The translations under genes were made by a program, and so were the position numbers. This document shows positions 1 to 6,619 of a stretch of 10,268 nt of DNA, in pieces. The stretch lies in NCBI GenBank assembly GCA_027491435.1, contig JAOZFG010000022.1, forward strand, positions 1 to 10,268, read 5' to 3'. The notes beneath the pieces were generated by a model. The model was not told the DNA's origin, searched no databases, and saw only the letters and a program-made list of their open reading frames with translations. Position 1 is the first letter of the stretch. Each line of letters begins with the position of its first letter. This stretch comes from Thermoproteota archaeon. Lineage in GTDB: Archaea; Korarchaeota; Korarchaeia; Korarchaeales; Korarchaeaceae.

Positions 1-1
1 T

Positions 2-11
2 AAAGTTATAA
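2..11 (+). promoter_or_regulatory. Archaeal BRE/TATA box of the lysA-like relic
   Basis: AAAG-TTATAA; TTATAA at 6-11 lies 23-28 nt before the ATG at 34, typical spacing for a leaderless transcript. Confidence 0.5.
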
Positions 12-33
12 CTGGTCGCTGAGGGCTTACCGG

Positions 34-205
34 ATGATCGACCTTAAGTCCATAGCTGAGGAGTTCGGAACTCCCACTTACGTGCTTGACGTGGACAAGG
101 CAGTCGAGAACTTCCTCCTCCTGGATAAGCGCCTCAAATGTGATCACGCCATAGCCTACGTTAAAGGTCAATAGCGAGCCCGCCCTAGAAGGCCCTCTAA
201 GGTAA
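34..205 (+). pseudogene. lysA: 5' fragment of a diaminopimelate decarboxylase-like (fold type III PLP decarboxylase) gene, frameshifted and truncated
   Basis: ATG at 34 reads MIDLKSIAEEFGTPTYVLDVDKAVENFLLLDKRLKCDHAIAY; after a frameshift near 160 it reads LKVNSEPAL. This matches the LysA/Orn-DAP-Arg decarboxylase N-terminus (FGTPxYVxD ... Y-x-x-K-x-N with the PLP lysine). Similarity is lost after about 190. Confidence 0.7.
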
Positions 206-480
206 AGTGGCCATCCTCTCGGGGCTAATACGAGCGGCCGAGTCTTGACAGCTCTTACAGGATTTTGGCTGTGGTATGGGTTCAATATCTCTGAAAGAAA
301 ACCTCAAAGTTAGGAGTTGGCCCTCCTAGAGGCACCACAAGAGCCTAACGGGCGTTGATTGAACAGATGGTCTTCCTCATGAGGATTGATTGCTAATCTA
401 AAGCTATAAGTTTCCACACCACGTGAGGGGTTATAACTGGCGTAGAGCTATGAAGAAAGATTGAGCGTGATGGACAGCCG
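201..480 (+). pseudogene. Degraded class I SAM-dependent methyltransferase
   Basis: A single frame reads LLQDFGCGMG (261-281, motif I) ... LTGVD (345-359) ... LPHED ... HHVRGYNWRRAMKK (417-458). These are in the order expected for Methyltransf_11-like enzymes, interrupted by several stops. Boundaries are approximate. Confidence 0.55.
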
Positions 481-630
481 TTGAAGGCAGCCCCTAGATT
501 ATTCAGCGACCTGACAAATTAGCTTGAGCATTCTCTACCAGAAATGAGTCATCTCAAATGTATTACTCAAGCTGTTGTTAAAATCATTAAAAACAGAGTT
601 GAACGGTTATCGGAGTTGAAACGACGGTTC

Positions 631-650
631 GTTAACATGATCTTGTTAAC
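631..650. promoter_or_regulatory. Near-perfect 20-bp palindrome, candidate transcription-factor operator
   Basis: GTTAACATGATCTTGTTAAC matches its own reverse complement at 18 of 20 positions and ends 23 nt upstream of the putative TATA box of the ABC operon. Confidence 0.55.
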
Positions 651-673
651 TAATAGCGTGAAAAGGGAATACA

Positions 674-681
674 TTTAATAA
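674..681 (+). promoter_or_regulatory. Putative TATA box of the ABC transporter operon
   Basis: TTTAATAA after a purine-rich stretch; the spacing fits a leaderless start at ATG 701 better than ATG 686. Confidence 0.45.
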
Positions 682-685
682 AGAT

Positions 686-2200
686 ATGGAAGACGCCTCG
701 ATGGACCCGCAACCCTTGGTGAGGATGGTAGGGATAGTTAAGAGGTTCGGGGACGTCCTGGCCAACGATCACGTGAACTTCGAGCTCTGGCCTGGGGAAG
801 TCCACGCCCTACTAGGTGAGAACGGTGCCGGAAAGACCACCCTCATGAACGTGCTCTACGGGCTCTACAGGGCTGACGAGGGTGAAATTTACGTTAAGGG
901 TAGGAGGGTTAAAGTCAGGAGCCCCAGGGATGCTATTGCCTTGGGAATAGGGATGGTCCACCAGCACTTCCTCCTGGTGGATAGGCTTACTGTGGCTGAG
1001 AACCTGGCCTTGGGATTCGCCAAGAGCTTTCTCAACCCGGTTAAGGAGGTTAAGCGGAAGGCTGAGGAGATAATGAAGAGATACGGGCTAGAGGTGAACT
1101 TGGACGCCTACGTATGGCAGCTCTCACTGGGAGAGCAGCAGAGGGTTGAGATACTGAAGGCCCTCTATGCGGGGGCCGACATCCTAATCCTAGACGAGCC
1201 CACGTCCGTGTTGACGCCCTCTGAGGCTGAGGGGTTGTTTAAGGCCGTTAAGAGGATGAGGGAGGCTGGCAAAGGGGTTGTGTTCATAACCCACAAGTTG
1301 GACGAGGTCATGAGGGTGGCTGACAGGGTAACAGTGATGAGGAAGGGCAGGGTTGTGGGCACCCTGAAAGTAAAGGAGGTAACTAAGGAGAAACTGGCCA
1401 GGATGATGGTTGGAAGGGACGTCCTCTTCAGGTTCGAGAGGAGGAAAGTTAGGCCAGGGGCTGTGCTCCTTGAGGTTAGAGACCTACACGTCCTGGGGGA
1501 TAGGGGCGAGGAGGCCGTCAGAGGAGTGAGCTTTCAGCTCAGGGAGGGAGAGATACTGGCCATAGCCGGCGTGTCGGGAAATGGGCAGAGGGAGCTAGCC
1601 CAAGCCTTGGTAGGGCTTAGAAAACCCGTTGAAGGGTTCATCAAGGTTACGGGAAGGGACGTTACCGGCTCCTCGCCTAAAGAGGTGGTGGGGCTGGGGG
1701 TGGCCTACATCCCGGAGGAGAGGTTGAGATACGGAGTGGTCCCAGGGATGAACGTGGCTGAAAACACGGTTCTCAAGGATTACAGGGAGCCCCCTATTAG
1801 GAACGGGTTTACGATTAACGGCAAGGAGGTGCTCAAGAGGGGAGAAGAGCTCGTCAAAGAGTTCGACGTTAAGGTCAACTCGATTGAGGAGCCAGCCTCT
1901 CAGCTCTCTGGAGGGAACGTGCAGAAGCTGGTCGTCGGAAGGGAGCTCAGCAGGAATGTTAGGGTCGTTGTGGCGGTTAATCCTACGCAGGGGCTTGACG
2001 TGGGGGCCACCGAGAGGGTGAGGAGGCTGTTACTCGAGATGAGGGACAGGGGCGCGGGGGTCCTGCTCATCTCCGGTGACCTGGATGAGGTGCTTCAGCT
2101 GGCCGACAGGGTCTTGGTCATGTTCTCCGGGAAGCTGGTGCCCGTGGAAGCTGACAGGGAAGCTATAGCCGTGGCTATGGGTCAGGGTGAGGGGAGATGA
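686..2200 (+). CDS. ABC transporter ATP-binding protein with two fused NBDs (CUT2 / NupA-YufO type); true start may be 701
   Basis: Walker A GENGAGKTT, Q-loop MVHQHF, LSLGEQQ, Walker B ILILDEPT, H-loop FITHKL. The second NBD has a degenerate Walker A (GVSGNGQRE), YIPEER and LSGGNVQK. Confidence 0.96.
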   Translation: MEDASMDPQPLVRMVGIVKRFGDVLANDHVNFELWPGEVHALLGENGAGKTTLMNVLYGLYRADEGEIYVKGRRVKVRSPRDAIALGIGMVHQHFLLVDRLTVAENLALGFAKSFLNPVKEVKRKAEEIMKRYGLEVNLDAYVWQLSLGEQQRVEILKALYAGADILILDEPTSVLTPSEAEGLFKAVKRMREAGKGVVFITHKLDEVMRVADRVTVMRKGRVVGTLKVKEVTKEKLARMMVGRDVLFRFERRKVRPGAVLLEVRDLHVLGDRGEEAVRGVSFQLREGEILAIAGVSGNGQRELAQALVGLRKPVEGFIKVTGRDVTGSSPKEVVGLGVAYIPEERLRYGVVPGMNVAENTVLKDYREPPIRNGFTINGKEVLKRGEELVKEFDVKVNSIEEPASQLSGGNVQKLVVGRELSRNVRVVVAVNPTQGLDVGATERVRRLLLEMRDRGAGVLLISGDLDEVLQLADRVLVMFSGKLVPVEADREAIAVAMGQGEGR

Positions 2201-3252
2201 GGGTTGTAAGAAGGGAAAGGAGCAGGTATGCGATAGCCTTTAAGGCAGCCTCTGTTCTCCTGGGGTTTGCGGCGGCGTCGCCCCTATTCCTGGTCTACGG
2301 CCTGAACCCTTTGGAGGTCTACTCCTACGTGATTAGCTCCTCCCTGCTAACCGCCGTTGGACTTTCGGAGTCCCTAGTCAGGATGATACCCCTTCTCTTA
2401 GTCAGCACCGGGCTGGCGGCCTCCTTCAAGACCGGCTTTTGGAACATAGGGGCTGAGGGTCAGTTGCTAGCTGGGGCCATGGCGGCCTTCGTCCTGATAA
2501 GGGCTTTGAGCCTGCCAGCCCCCTTGATGATACCCATCCTCTTCCTGGCGGGGTTCACTGCAGGCGCCGTGTGGGCCGGCATCCCGGCGCTGTTGAAGGT
2601 CAGGCTCGAGGTGAACGAGGTGATCTCAACCCTCATGCTCTACTACGTGATCTACTGGGTCTTCCAGCACCTGATACACGGGCCTTGGAAGGCGGTGGAG
2701 AAGGTGGGGTCCTTAACCTACGGGGGGTTCGCCCACACGGAGGTCATACCCGAGGACGCCCAGCTACCGACAGCGTTCGGCAGGGTGCACTGGCCCACCC
2801 TCCTGCTAGCTCTCTCCTTGGCCTTCATCACCTACTTCCTTCTCCACAAGACTCCTTGGGGCTTCGAGATGAGGGCCGTGGGGAGCAACCCGGAAGCAGC
2901 CAAGGCCTCGGGAATGGCCTACGTGAGAGCCATATTACTTGCAGTCATAATTAGCGGAGGTTACGCGGGGCTTGCTGGAGTTGGAGAGCTTTGTGGGGTT
3001 CAAAAGAGGTTCACTCCGGAATTCCTCTCGGGTTATGGGTTTCTTGGGATAATCACGGCCTGGCTGGCCGGCACCAACCCTCTATCGCTAATACTGACGA
3101 ACTTCCTCTACGGGGCTCTTTTAGTGGGAGGGGAGGGGCTCATGATAGAGTACCAGCTCCCCCTCGGGATAGTGAACATGTTCAACGGCGTGATACTCCT
3201 CTCTGTTTTGGCTGCCGACTTCTTCGTCAGGTACGAGGTGAGGTTAGATTGA
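2197..3252 (+). CDS. ABC transporter permease 1 (BPD_transp_2, NupB/YufP type)
   Basis: Multi-TM protein with WNIGAEGQ, NEVISTLML, GFEMRAVGSNPEAAKASG and GYGFLGI motifs; ATGA overlap with the ATPase stop. Confidence 0.94.
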   Translation: MRVVRRERSRYAIAFKAASVLLGFAAASPLFLVYGLNPLEVYSYVISSSLLTAVGLSESLVRMIPLLLVSTGLAASFKTGFWNIGAEGQLLAGAMAAFVLIRALSLPAPLMIPILFLAGFTAGAVWAGIPALLKVRLEVNEVISTLMLYYVIYWVFQHLIHGPWKAVEKVGSLTYGGFAHTEVIPEDAQLPTAFGRVHWPTLLLALSLAFITYFLLHKTPWGFEMRAVGSNPEAAKASGMAYVRAILLAVIISGGYAGLAGVGELCGVQKRFTPEFLSGYGFLGIITAWLAGTNPLSLILTNFLYGALLVGGEGLMIEYQLPLGIVNMFNGVILLSVLAADFFVRYEVRLD

Positions 3253-4169
3253 TCGACCTGATTTGGGTAGGCCTCAGGTCAGCTACTCCACTGCTCCTAG
3301 CCTCACTGGGCGAGATATACGCTGAGAGATCGGGCGTCCTCAACCTAGGGGTTGAGGGCATGATGTCCCTGGGGGCCCTTTCAGCCTTCTCTATTGCCTT
3401 GCTCACAGGAAACCCGTGGTTGGGAGTCATCTCCGGGATGTTGGCTGCCCTGTTCCTGGCACTCGTTCACGGGCTCATCTCGATAACCCTCAGGGGCAAT
3501 CAGATAGTCTCAGGCCTAGCGATAACCATGCTGGGGCTTGGGCTTAGCAGCGTCTTGGGCAGGTTCTACGTGGGAAACCAGCTGCCCACGGAATCGAGGT
3601 TCACGCCTGTCCCAATACCCGCTCTCTCATCATTGCCAGTCCTGGGAAAGCTTCTCTTCAACCAAGACCCCCTCTTCTACCTGTCCTTGGCGCTCACCCT
3701 GACATTATGGTTCCTCTTGTTCAGGACCAGGTACGGAATAGTGATAAGGTCCACCGGCGAAAACCCGGCCGCGGTCGACGCCCTGGGGATAAGCGTCACC
3801 AAAGTTAGGTACTTGACCACAGCCCTTGGAGGGCTAACTGCAGGACTTGCTGGCGCCTACCTTTCCCTCTCCTACAGCCCAGCCTGGATAGAGAACATGA
3901 CCGCTGGGAGGGGATAGATAGCCCTGGCCCTAGTTATCTTCTCCCTATGGAACCCGCTGAGGGCCCTCCTGGGAGCATACCTTTTCGGGTTGGTTGAGGC
4001 CGGAGGTTACAGCCTTCAGGCTCTAGGGCTTAGTCAGTGGTTGCTAAACGGGCTTCCTTACCTGCTAACCTTACTGATCCTCACGCTAGGAGCTACTGAG
4101 TCAATGAGGAAGAGGATGGGAGCCCCCAGGTACCTGGGCGTCCCCTACGTTAGGGAGGAGAGGAGCTGA
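3249..4169 (+). pseudogene. ABC transporter permease 2 (NupC/YufQ type), 306 codons, interrupted by an in-frame TAG at 3915-3917 (nonsense allele, sequence error or readthrough)
   Basis: TTG start overlaps the permease 1 stop (TTGA). Motifs TPLLLASLGE, ERSGVLNLGVEG, GENPAA. After MTAGRG* the frame continues IALALVIFSLWNPLRALLGAYLFG...LPYLLTLLIL...APRYLGVPYVREERS to TGA 4167-4169, the normal C-terminus of this family. Confidence 0.9.
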
Positions 4170-4177
4170 TGTCCCCA

Positions 4178-4208
4178 GCGTTATTACGTTTTTTTATTTT
4201 CCTAACGC
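4178..4208 (+). terminator. T-tract terminator candidate between permease 2 and the binding-protein gene
   Basis: T7-A-T4 run (4189-4200) shortly after the stop, flanked by the inverted repeat GCGTTA (4178-4183) / TAACGC (4203-4208). Confidence 0.5.
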
Positions 4209-4210
4209 CT

Positions 4211-4245
4211 GAAAATCTTTTAATATTTTATAAGATGAGGAGGTG
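4211..4245 (+). promoter_or_regulatory. Internal promoter candidate (BRE/TATA) and strong RBS for the binding-protein gene
   Basis: GAAAA followed by TTTTAATA (4218-4225) or TTTATAA (4227-4233); GAGGAGGTG at 4237-4245, 5 nt before ATG 4251. Confidence 0.6.
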
Positions 4246-4250
4246 TTTAT

Positions 4251-5510
4251 ATGAAGTCAGTTAGGTGGGCCTCCCTGGCAATCTTGCTCCTCCTCCTGGG
4301 CTTGGTCGTGGGCTATAACGTGGCCCCCGTCAAGGTTCAGACGGTCACTGAGGTTGCAAGGGGTAAGAAGGTGAAGGCCGCCTGGATATACGTGGGGCCA
4401 ATAGGGGACATAGGCTGGACCTACGCCCATCACCAGGCCAAGGAGCTGCTTGACAAGAAATACGATTGGTTGGAGACCACCCACGTCGAGTCGGTCGCCC
4501 CTGCCGACGCCGCTGGCGTTATAGAGCAGCTGGTAGCCAAAGGTTACGACGTGATATTCACCACCAGCTTCGACTTCATGAACCCGACCAAGGAGGAGGC
4601 TAGAAAGCACAGGGACAAGGTGTTCTGGCACTGCTCAGGCTACTGGAGGGAGGACAACATGGGCACCTATTTCGCCGAGTTCTACCAGGTCTACTACCTT
4701 AACGGGCTCATGGCTGGGGCCCTGACCAAGAGCAAGAAGATAGGGTACGTGGCCGCCCACCTAATACCTGAGGTAGTGAGGCACATAAACGCCTTCGCGT
4801 TGGGGGTTAAGGAAGTCTGCCCCGACTGCAAGGTTTATGTCAGGGAGATAGGGGCCTGGTACGATCCAACCAAGGCGAGGCAGGCGGCCGAGTCCCTAAT
4901 ATCTGAGGGGGTCGACGTTTTGGCCTTTACCGAGGACTCTCCTACGGTGGTGCAGGTAGCCCAGGAGCACTTCGAGAGGGGTGAGAGGGTCCTGGCCTTC
5001 GGGCACTACAGCCCCATGTACAAGTTCGGCAAGGACGTCTGCGTGAGCGGTCAGTTGGTCCACTGGGAGGTCATATACGAGGACATACTGGGCAAGGTCT
5101 ACTCCGGGACCTACACCTCCAAGAACTTGAAGGACGTCGATTACTGGTGGAAGCTCAAGGAGGGAGCTGTGGAGCTGGGGTGCGATTATAACCAGCCCGT
5201 AAACCCGAAGTTCGTTGAGGAGCTCAAGTCGGTCACCGTTAACGAGAGAATACAGCTCCCCAACGGGACTGTCGTGGAGAACCCTGATGTATACACTCTA
5301 GTGATGGCGAGGCTCGTTCAAATGGGCGCCATCTGGACGGGGAAGGGCTGGAGGCACGTGAACGACGAGGCCTTCGACCCGTTCACTGGACCCATATACG
5401 ACGACAGGGGTCAGTTGAAGGTCCTACCCGGGCAGAGGCTGGGACACGACGAGCTCTGGTCGATGAAGTGGTGGGTGGACAACGTTGTCGGGCCCGAGCT
5501 TAAGGGCTAA
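4251..5510 (+). CDS. BMP family (PnrA/TmpC-like) ABC substrate-binding protein, likely purine or nucleoside binding
   Basis: N-terminal hydrophobic anchor; WIYVGPIGDIGWTYAH, VIFTTSFDF, IPEVVRHINAFALG, WYDP and FDPFTGPIYD motifs; adjacent to the cognate permeases and ATPase. Confidence 0.93.
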   Translation: MKSVRWASLAILLLLLGLVVGYNVAPVKVQTVTEVARGKKVKAAWIYVGPIGDIGWTYAHHQAKELLDKKYDWLETTHVESVAPADAAGVIEQLVAKGYDVIFTTSFDFMNPTKEEARKHRDKVFWHCSGYWREDNMGTYFAEFYQVYYLNGLMAGALTKSKKIGYVAAHLIPEVVRHINAFALGVKEVCPDCKVYVREIGAWYDPTKARQAAESLISEGVDVLAFTEDSPTVVQVAQEHFERGERVLAFGHYSPMYKFGKDVCVSGQLVHWEVIYEDILGKVYSGTYTSKNLKDVDYWWKLKEGAVELGCDYNQPVNPKFVEELKSVTVNERIQLPNGTVVENPDVYTLVMARLVQMGAIWTGKGWRHVNDEAFDPFTGPIYDDRGQLKVLPGQRLGHDELWSMKWWVDNVVGPELKG

Positions 5511-5542
5511 CTTACCCCTTTCACCCTTTTTAGCCCCAGGCC
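5511..5542. terminator. Pyrimidine/T-rich terminator candidate between convergent genes
   Basis: CTTACCCCTTTCACCCTTTTT immediately after TAA 5510 in a 32-nt convergent gap. Confidence 0.45.
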
Positions 5543-6619
5543 TTACTCACCGCCCTTCCCTACGTACACCCCGTCGCCCGTTATGACTACGACCTCGAAG
5601 CACCCGTCCCCGTCCAGATCTGCCGGCACGGGGACCGTCAAAACCCTGCCCACCCTGTAAAGGTACCCCTCCCCCTGGTCTACCGTTAGGAGCCCCTCCT
5701 CAGATCCTGCAACCACTTCCTGCCACCCGTCCCCGTCCACGTCGGCTATCATAGCTGGGGTCGTGACCTCAGCCTCTAACTTAAAGCCCGGGATCAGGTG
5801 GAGCCCGTCCTCCGCTGGGACCGCTATCTCCAGGGAGCCGTCCCCGTCCACGTCGAATATGGACGGGTAGGCTATGGGCTCCACGTCGACGACCTCCTGA
5901 ACCTCACCCCTGGAGTTCAGCACAGCCAAACCCCTGGAGGCCACGAAGATCTCGGGAACGAAGTCTCCGTTAACGTCCTGCATGACTGGGGGTATGGCCT
6001 TAACTTCCATTTCCCTGAACCACTCCAACTCCCCAGTCCTCAGGTCTAGGGAGGTGACCCCGCCCTCCACCACTAACACGACACTACCGTAATCGGAGAG
6101 CCCAAGGTAGGTGGCGGCTGGAAGGGTTAGTGGGGTGAGCTCCCTGCTCCAGAGCATTTCACCGTCCAGGGAGAAGCAGGTGATCCCTCCTCTCCAAGCG
6201 ACTAAAAGCTCTGGCCTGTGGTCGGCGTTAACGTCAACCAGCAGGGGAGTGAAGGGCTCCTCCACCTCGAAGAAGGACAACTCTTGAAAGTCCTCGCTTA
6301 AGACGAGGATTCCCCCATCTTGAGGGAGTAGAACCTCAAGCCCCCCGTCCAAATTGTAGTCGTCCACTAAGGGCGTGTCGAGGGAGGGTATGCCGGTGTC
6401 GTGCAGCTCCCCGTCAAAGTAGTGCAGGGTTTTATCGGGGATCAGAACCCTTCCCCCTTGGGTCACGGGCTCCTTCGGGCTCAAGGAGGCCCTGTCCTTC
6501 AAGTAAAAGGAGGGAGTGCCGCAGCCGCTTCCCCAGGTGAAGCCCGGGAAGGTGGACCTGAAGGGCGAGGAGGCGACCGAAGCCTTAAGATAGGCTACCT
6601 CATTCCTCTTCATCCTCAT
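5543..6619 (-). CDS. FG-GAP/VCBS-like repeat protein, probable seven-bladed Ca2+-binding beta-propeller; start at 6619 or 6613 rather than 6697
   Basis: Repeats PLVDDYNLDGGLEV, PLLVDVNADHRPEL, PAATYLGLSDYGSV (degenerate), PVMQDVNGDFVPEI, PSIFDVDGDGSLEI, AMIADVDGDGWQEV and PVPADLDGDGCFEV; also DGEMLWS and TGELEWF propeller motifs. Confidence 0.85.
   Translation of the reverse strand: MRMKRNEVAYLKASVASSPFRSTFPGFTWGSGCGTPSFYLKDRASLSPKEPVTQGGRVLIPDKTLHYFDGELHDTGIPSLDTPLVDDYNLDGGLEVLLPQDGGILVLSEDFQELSFFEVEEPFTPLLVDVNADHRPELLVAWRGGITCFSLDGEMLWSRELTPLTLPAATYLGLSDYGSVVLVVEGGVTSLDLRTGELEWFREMEVKAIPPVMQDVNGDFVPEIFVASRGLAVLNSRGEVQEVVDVEPIAYPSIFDVDGDGSLEIAVPAEDGLHLIPGFKLEAEVTTPAMIADVDGDGWQEVVAGSEEGLLTVDQGEGYLYRVGRVLTVPVPADLDGDGCFEVVVITGDGVYVGKGGE
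5727..5855. repeat. 18-bp exact direct repeat encoding two DVDGDG loops
   Basis: CCGTCCCCGTCCACGTCG at 5727-5744 and 5838-5855 (111-nt spacing); a partial third copy lies near 5604. Confidence 0.8.

Noticed and set aside
505-575. Purine riboswitch, suggested by TCTACC and nested inverted repeats upstream of a nucleoside transporter
   Set aside because: Lacks the conserved loop-loop sequences (UAUGG / CCGUAAA) and lies upstream of the inferred TATA box.
2991-3248. N-terminal 86 codons of ORF-track entry 2991..3917
   Set aside because: Overlaps permease 1 out of frame and is not family-like; the real start is TTG 3249.
34-3260. Shared TGATCGACCT (MIDL) at the starts of the lysA relic and permease 2
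   Set aside because: A 10-nt match between unrelated genes, compatible with chance.
1165-4631. ORFs 1165..1362(-), 2571..2954(+), 3227..3430(-) and 4257..4631(-)
   Set aside because: Shadow or alternate frames inside well-supported transporter genes, with no motifs.
5600-5860. CRISPR-like reading of the CCGTCCCCGTCCA repeats
   Set aside because: Spacing is a multiple of three and the repeats encode the DxDGDG loops.
6495-6603. Alternative FG-GAP start ATG AGG TAG (MR*PILR) in an ATGA overlap, as a second amber-at-Trp case
   Set aside because: That frame becomes Pro/Ala-rich and stops after about 35 codons, while the annotated frame is open with host-like codons.
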